From IMG/VR virus record IMGVR_UViG_3300013104_000040, positions 1 through 42,024 of that record: a stretch of DNA of 42,024 nt; one strand, given 5' to 3'. Shown in pieces: positions 38,338 to 42,024 of this stretch. Under the pieces are notes generated by a model. The model saw only the letters and a program-made list of their open reading frames with translations. It did not search any database and was not told the DNA's origin. The translations under genes and the position numbers were made by a program. Source of the stretch: a virus. Every line of letters starts with the position of its first letter. The first letter of the stretch is position 1.

Positions 38338-39380
38338 TGAACGCACAAGTTAATGAATTACAAGTAATAGAACAAAACATGATTGTGGCAGCTTTCGGCA
38401 AAGAAAATGGTGTTCAAGAACTATTCAATCGCATGGCTGAGCAAGCACGTTCAATTGTTCCTGATGTTTCTACTAAAAAAGGTCGTGATGCTATTGCCTC
38501 TCAAGCTTATAAGGTAAGTAAGTCTAAAACTGCAGTAGATAACCATGGTAAAGATTTAGTTGCAGGTATTAAAGCACAAGCTGCTGTGATTGATCGCGAC
38601 CGTAAAGCATGGCGTGATCAGTGTGATGCTTTACGTGATGAAATCCGTAAGCCACTAGATGAATGGGAAAAAGCTGAAGAAGATCGAATTCAGTCAATTA
38701 AAAATCGAATCTCTAATTTTGATGCTGGTCGCGTTGATACCTTCTCAACTAGCGAGCTTATTCAGACAATCATAAGTGAAGTTGAGGCAACGGCAATTGA
38801 TGAAAGCTTTGCTGAATTTGCCAATGAAGCAGCAATCAAAAAAGATGCGGCCCTTAGCTCATATAAAAAATCACTTGAAATTGCATTAAAACGTGAAGCT
38901 GAACAAGCAGAGTTAGAGCGCCTACGCAAATCTGAACAAGAACGTTTACAACGTGAACACGAAGAACGTATTGCACATGAAGCAGCTGAAAGAGCCCGTC
39001 TAGAAGCTGAGCGTAAAGCTAAAGAAGAAGCCGAACGTGTAGAACGTGAAAAGCAAGAAGCTATTGCTAAAGCAGAGCGTGAAAAACGCGAAGCTGCTGA
39101 ACGTGAAGCCCGTTTAGTTGCTGAAAAAGAAGCTGCTGAATTACGTGCACAACATGCAGCAGAAGCAGAACGTAAACGTATTGAAGCTGAACAAGCTGCG
39201 AAGCTAGAGGCTGAACGCAAAGCAGAAGAAGCGCGCCAAGCCAATCAGGCACACCGTAAAAAAATCTGTAATGAGGCTCTAAAAGGCCTATTGACATTGG
39301 GTATTGATGAAGCAAAAGGAAAAGAGATTTTGCAAGCAATCAATAAAGGCTTGGTTCCACACGTATCTATTAAGTTTTGA
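38337..39380 (+). CDS. Coiled-coil E/R/A/K-rich protein upstream of the recombinase (function unknown)
   Basis: 347 aa. The C-terminal half is a long charged helix (EAERKAKEEAERVEREKQEA..). The position is typical of recombinase accessory genes. Confidence 0.65.
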   Translation: MNAQVNELQVIEQNMIVAAFGKENGVQELFNRMAEQARSIVPDVSTKKGRDAIASQAYKVSKSKTAVDNHGKDLVAGIKAQAAVIDRDRKAWRDQCDALRDEIRKPLDEWEKAEEDRIQSIKNRISNFDAGRVDTFSTSELIQTIISEVEATAIDESFAEFANEAAIKKDAALSSYKKSLEIALKREAEQAELERLRKSEQERLQREHEERIAHEAAERARLEAERKAKEEAERVEREKQEAIAKAEREKREAAEREARLVAEKEAAELRAQHAAEAERKRIEAEQAAKLEAERKAEEARQANQAHRKKICNEALKGLLTLGIDEAKGKEILQAINKGLVPHVSIKF

Positions 39381-39390
39381 GGATTAGAAC

Positions 39391-40164
39391 ATGAACGCAC
39401 CTGTACAAAGCAACATCGTTCAAGCTCAAATGCACAAAGTGGCATTGGCTTTCGATATGGTTGATGTAGATCCTGAACAATTAAAGAAAACCCTTACAGA
39501 TACAGTTTTTAAAGGGGCTAATGATGTTCAGTTGGTTAGTCTCCTAATTGTTGCTAACCAATATAAACTCAACCCTTTCACAAAAGAAATTTATGCATTC
39601 CCTGCAAAAGGTGGTGGCATTGTTCCTGTAGTTGGTGTTGATGGTTGGGCACGAATTATTAATGACAATCCTGTATGTGATGGCATTCAGTTTGAACAAG
39701 ACGACGAATCATGCACATGCAAGATTTTCCGTAAAGACCGCAACCACCCTACTGTTGTGACTGAATACTTGTCTGAATGTCAGGGAAATTCTGAGCCTTG
39801 GAAGAAGTATCCAAAGCGCATGTTGCGCCATAAGGCTTTGATTCAATGTGCCCGTGTTGCCTTTGGCTTCTCAGGTATTTATGACGAAGACGAGGCTCGT
39901 CGTATTGATGATTGCCAAACTTCTACAGTTAAGACTGTTGGTTCAGATGTTCCACAAGGTTATGAAGTTTATGAACAACAGCATTTAGACATTATGCGCG
40001 CTTTGGCAATGGAAGGCACAGAAGCCTTGCAAACTGGCTACGCTGAATTGCCTCAAGGTGACTGCAAAAAATACTTCTGGACTAAGCATAGCGCTTCATT
40101 AAAAGAAGCAGCTCAACATGCTGACCAACCACAAGGACAAGTGTATGAACATTCTCCAGCGTAG
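39391..40164 (+). CDS. bet: Single-strand annealing recombinase, lambda Bet (RecT/Redbeta superfamily) homologue
   Basis: LLIVANQYKLNPFTKEIYAFPAKGGGIVPVVGVDGWARIIN..DESCTCKIFRKDRNHP..PKRMLRHKALIQCARVAFGFSGIYDEDEA is closely colinear with lambda Bet (from memory). Confidence 0.9.
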   Translation: MNAPVQSNIVQAQMHKVALAFDMVDVDPEQLKKTLTDTVFKGANDVQLVSLLIVANQYKLNPFTKEIYAFPAKGGGIVPVVGVDGWARIINDNPVCDGIQFEQDDESCTCKIFRKDRNHPTVVTEYLSECQGNSEPWKKYPKRMLRHKALIQCARVAFGFSGIYDEDEARRIDDCQTSTVKTVGSDVPQGYEVYEQQHLDIMRALAMEGTEALQTGYAELPQGDCKKYFWTKHSASLKEAAQHADQPQGQVYEHSPA

Positions 40165-40753
40165 TGAAGATTGGCATTCGGAACGCTGTGGGAAAGTCAC
40201 AGCAAGCCGAGTAAAGGATTTAAATGCAAAGCCAAATAAAGGCAAAGCTTTAAATGCATTAGGTTTAACTATTCTAGCTGAGCGCCTAACTGGCGTTCAG
40301 AAGGAAATCTTCACAAACTCAGCAATGCAATGGGGTATCGATAATGAGCCTCATGCAATTGCGGCTTATGAAAATGAAACGGGTAACTTTGTAGTCGGAA
40401 CAGGCTTAATTGACCACCCTTTCATTGAAATGTTCGGGGCTTCACCAGATGGCCTAGTTAATGATGATGGACAAATAGAAGTTAAGTGTCCAGACACTAC
40501 AACGCATTTAAATACCCTTCTGACTAAGCAAGTTCCAGATGAGTACATCCCTCAAATTACTTGTCAGTTGGCTTGTACTCGTCGTGAATGGTGTGACTTT
40601 GTGAGCTACGATCCACGTCTACCAGAAGGACTACAGATAATTATTATTCGTGTCTATGCCAAAGACCTAGACATTAAAGGCTTAGAAGAAAATGTACGCC
40701 AATTCAATAAACAGATTGATGAGGCAATTGAAGAATTAAAGGTGGCAGCATGA
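40145..40753 (+). CDS. exo: Lambda-type 5'-3' exonuclease (YqaJ-like recombinase domain)
   Basis: MNILQRSEDWHSERCGKVTASRV.., ..GASPDGLVNDDGQIEVKCP.. and ..YDPR.. follow the YqaJ/lambda Exo pattern. Immediately downstream of bet. Confidence 0.85.
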   Translation: MNILQRSEDWHSERCGKVTASRVKDLNAKPNKGKALNALGLTILAERLTGVQKEIFTNSAMQWGIDNEPHAIAAYENETGNFVVGTGLIDHPFIEMFGASPDGLVNDDGQIEVKCPDTTTHLNTLLTKQVPDEYIPQITCQLACTRREWCDFVSYDPRLPEGLQIIIIRVYAKDLDIKGLEENVRQFNKQIDEAIEELKVAA

Positions 40754-41175
40754 CAGATTTGAATAAGGAAAGAGAGCTAGAACTTTTCAATGCATTTGTT
40801 GAGAAGAATCTACCTGAACTTTTTGAAAAGCATACCAATGGTAATTATTTTGCAAAAGTAACTTATCACTCAATGTTTGGCGCTTGGTTGGGAGCCAAAG
40901 CTCAGGCGGTGCCAGTCTGGATATCGACAGACTTTATGCTACCAAATGAAGGTGAAGCAGTTCTGTTCATAGATAAAAACAACGTCATTCATGATGGTTA
41001 TTTAAATACTGATTATGTCGATGGGCCATATGGTGAGAATGGTGAAGACTTTGGTGACGATCAAACACTATGGGCTTCAAATTCAAATGGCGATGAATTC
41101 TTACCAAGTGAAATTAAATCTTGGATGCATAGACCTAGCAGTCCAAGTGCAAGCGAATCGGGAGCTGAGGGATGA
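40750..41175 (+). CDS. Hypothetical protein with a DUF551-like C-terminal segment
   Basis: VWISTDFMLPNEGEAVLFIDKNNVIHDGY resembles the DUF551 W-I-S..LP pattern. Confidence 0.5.
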   Translation: MTDLNKERELELFNAFVEKNLPELFEKHTNGNYFAKVTYHSMFGAWLGAKAQAVPVWISTDFMLPNEGEAVLFIDKNNVIHDGYLNTDYVDGPYGENGEDFGDDQTLWASNSNGDEFLPSEIKSWMHRPSSPSASESGAEG

Positions 41176-41519
41176 GTGAATTATATAGCAGCCAAGCTGT
41201 CAAAGATGTACTTAATGAAAGAGAACGTCAGATCCAAATCAAAGGCTGGACAAATGAGCATGATGATGTGTACAGCAAGAACGAATTAACACGAGCCGCA
41301 GCAAGTTATACAACTAATGTTATTCACAGAGGATGGACTTTTCTAGCTCAACCGGTTGGTGTGTATCAATCAGAAGAGGCCCCTGAATATTGGCCTTGGG
41401 ATGATTGCTATTGGAAACCTAAAAGCCCAAGACAAGATCTAGTTCGAGCAGCAGCATTATTAATAGCAGAAATTGAGCGTCTTGATAGAGAAGTTAAAGC
41501 GGAAAGTAAGGAGGGGTGA
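41172..41519 (+). CDS. Conserved phage protein (ERERQ..HDD..WPW motif), function unknown
   Basis: 115-aa ORF, coupled to both neighbours. Confidence 0.6.
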   Translation: MSELYSSQAVKDVLNERERQIQIKGWTNEHDDVYSKNELTRAAASYTTNVIHRGWTFLAQPVGVYQSEEAPEYWPWDDCYWKPKSPRQDLVRAAALLIAEIERLDREVKAESKEG

Positions 41520-41520
41520 A

Positions 41521-41790
41521 ATGGGACACGTAGTTAAAATCGAAGCTAGTATTCTAGAAAAGATTGTTGCTGTAGCTGAACGAATTGCTCAATCAAAGGA
41601 AGAGCGCCGAGTAGGTCGTGCTGAGTTTGCTCACATGCTTAACATTGAACCAGAAACTCTAGATAGTCGAATCAGAGAAGGTAGATACCAAAAACCATTT
41701 AAGGATGGAAGGAAAAGTTACTGGATGCTTTCTTATGTACAATCAGTCGTTACAGACATAAAAGAATCTGATAAAGTAGCCACCTATTGA
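41521..41790 (+). CDS. xis: Putative excisionase / AlpA-like HTH DNA-binding protein
   Basis: RAEFAHMLNIEPETLDSRIREGRYQKPFKDGRKSYWMLSYV resembles AlpA/Xis-type HTH proteins. It is the last gene before the att region and has the same orientation as int. Confidence 0.45.
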   Translation: MGHVVKIEASILEKIVAVAERIAQSKEERRVGRAEFAHMLNIEPETLDSRIREGRYQKPFKDGRKSYWMLSYVQSVVTDIKESDKVATY

Positions 41791-41806
41791 GGTGGCATTA
41801 TTTTAT
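41779..41806 (+). terminator. Intrinsic terminator overlapping the xis stop
   Basis: GCCACC-TATTGA-GGTGGC followed by ATTATTTTAT. Confidence 0.6.
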
Positions 41807-41827
41807 CCAAATATATAGGTACTTTCT

Positions 41828-41853
41828 CAATCTTGAGTACCAAATTGAGTATC
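41828..41853. promoter_or_regulatory. TTGAGTAY motif pair (candidate integrase arm-type sites), right side
   Basis: CAATCTTGAGTAC (41828-41840) and TTGAGTATC (41845-41853) mirror the pair at 135-159. Confidence 0.4.
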
Positions 41854-41901
41854 AAAACCACATCAAACTAAAATATCCTTATTTATTAGTGAGTTAAATC
41901 T

Positions 41902-42024
41902 AAAATGCTTCTAATGATCGAAAAGAAGCATTAGACAAACCTAGAAAAATCTAACAAAATTTATAAATGTGCAAATTACTGAAAATTATTAAAAAGACAA
42001 ACCTAAACAAATCTAGACAAACTA
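41902..42024. repeat. Right copy of the 123-bp perfect direct repeat
   Basis: Identical to 1-123. Confidence 0.95.

Noticed and set aside
38762-39244. 160-aa Ser/Ala/Arg-rich antisense ORF, plus 39067-39339 and 39245-39445.
   Set aside because: These are the mirror image of the GAA/GCT/CGT-rich repeats that encode the E/R/A/K coiled coil on the + strand. Low-complexity antisense frames stay open by composition alone.
876-40548. About 50 ORFs in the track that lie antisense to, or out of frame within, the long genes. Examples: 876-1133, 1648-1854, 2544-2795, 2771-3070, 3830-4081, 5682-5954, 7649-7948, 8290-8963, 12508-13310, 13994-14551, 14767-15264, 17990-18223, 20848-21869, 22569-24248, 30464-31089, 32130-32510, 33367-33618, 34085-34345, 35540-35981, 37957-38196, 40366-40548.
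   Set aside because: Each is fully embedded in a larger ORF that has recognisable motifs and operon context. They lack RBSs and have odd compositions, so they are treated as shadow ORFs.
1-42024. CRISPR arrays, IS or transposon ends, rRNA, reverse transcriptase or DGR components, and toxin-antitoxin pairs.
   Set aside because: No regularly spaced repeats were seen, and no transposase, RT or nuclease-NTPase defence-type domains. The Cro-like and CII-position pair resembles YdaS/YdaT only by position and is treated as ordinary immunity genes.

Overview
The window is one complete temperate tailed-phage or prophage genome of about 41.9 kb. It has an HK97-type head module and a lambda-like non-contractile tail. 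No host genes are present.

It is AT-rich. Several proteins and one operator-like palindrome look Acinetobacter/Moraxellaceae-like, but that host assignment is inference only.

Bases 1-123 are identical to 41902-42024. The record is therefore bounded either by attL/attR or by the overlap of a circular contig.

Layout:
- + strand: P4-type tyrosine integrase, then an SOS-mutagenesis cargo of SRAP(YedK-like)-UmuD-UmuC (195-4175).
- - strand: a roughly 25-kb late transcription unit running from a Q(82-type)-like antiterminator and an extended -10 promoter (~29.3 kb). It passes through a split T5orf172/GIY-YIG gene, tRNA-Arg(UCU), nin-like genes, HNH, terS, terL, a split prohead protease, major capsid, portal, connectors, tail tube, G/GT chaperone (lambda-identical GGGAAAG slippery site), tape measure, tip proteins and an SGNH-esterase tail fibre. 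It ends in holin and endolysin at 4.3 kb.
- - strand early-right: Cro-like, CII-position ORF, DUF1376 and lambda-P-like replication genes, and a nin-type block.
- + strand: CI-like HTH-S24 repressor, then an early-left operon with an orphan N6-adenine methyltransferase, lambda Bet and Exo homologues, and a putative Xis.

Most notable non-standard content:
- A self-contained terminator-promoter-lipoprotein-zinc-ribbon membrane protein-terminator moron between G/GT and the tape measure, plus two more membrane-protein inserts in the tail module.
- Six terminators sharing the tail TTTTTTATTG.
- A GC-rich, helix-rich non-coding element between terS and terL.
- An orphan roughly 190-nt non-coding segment between two terminators in the late leader.
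- Candidate ori heptamer iterons.
- Three frame-broken genes.

All homology calls are motif-level recognition by eye. No searches were run.
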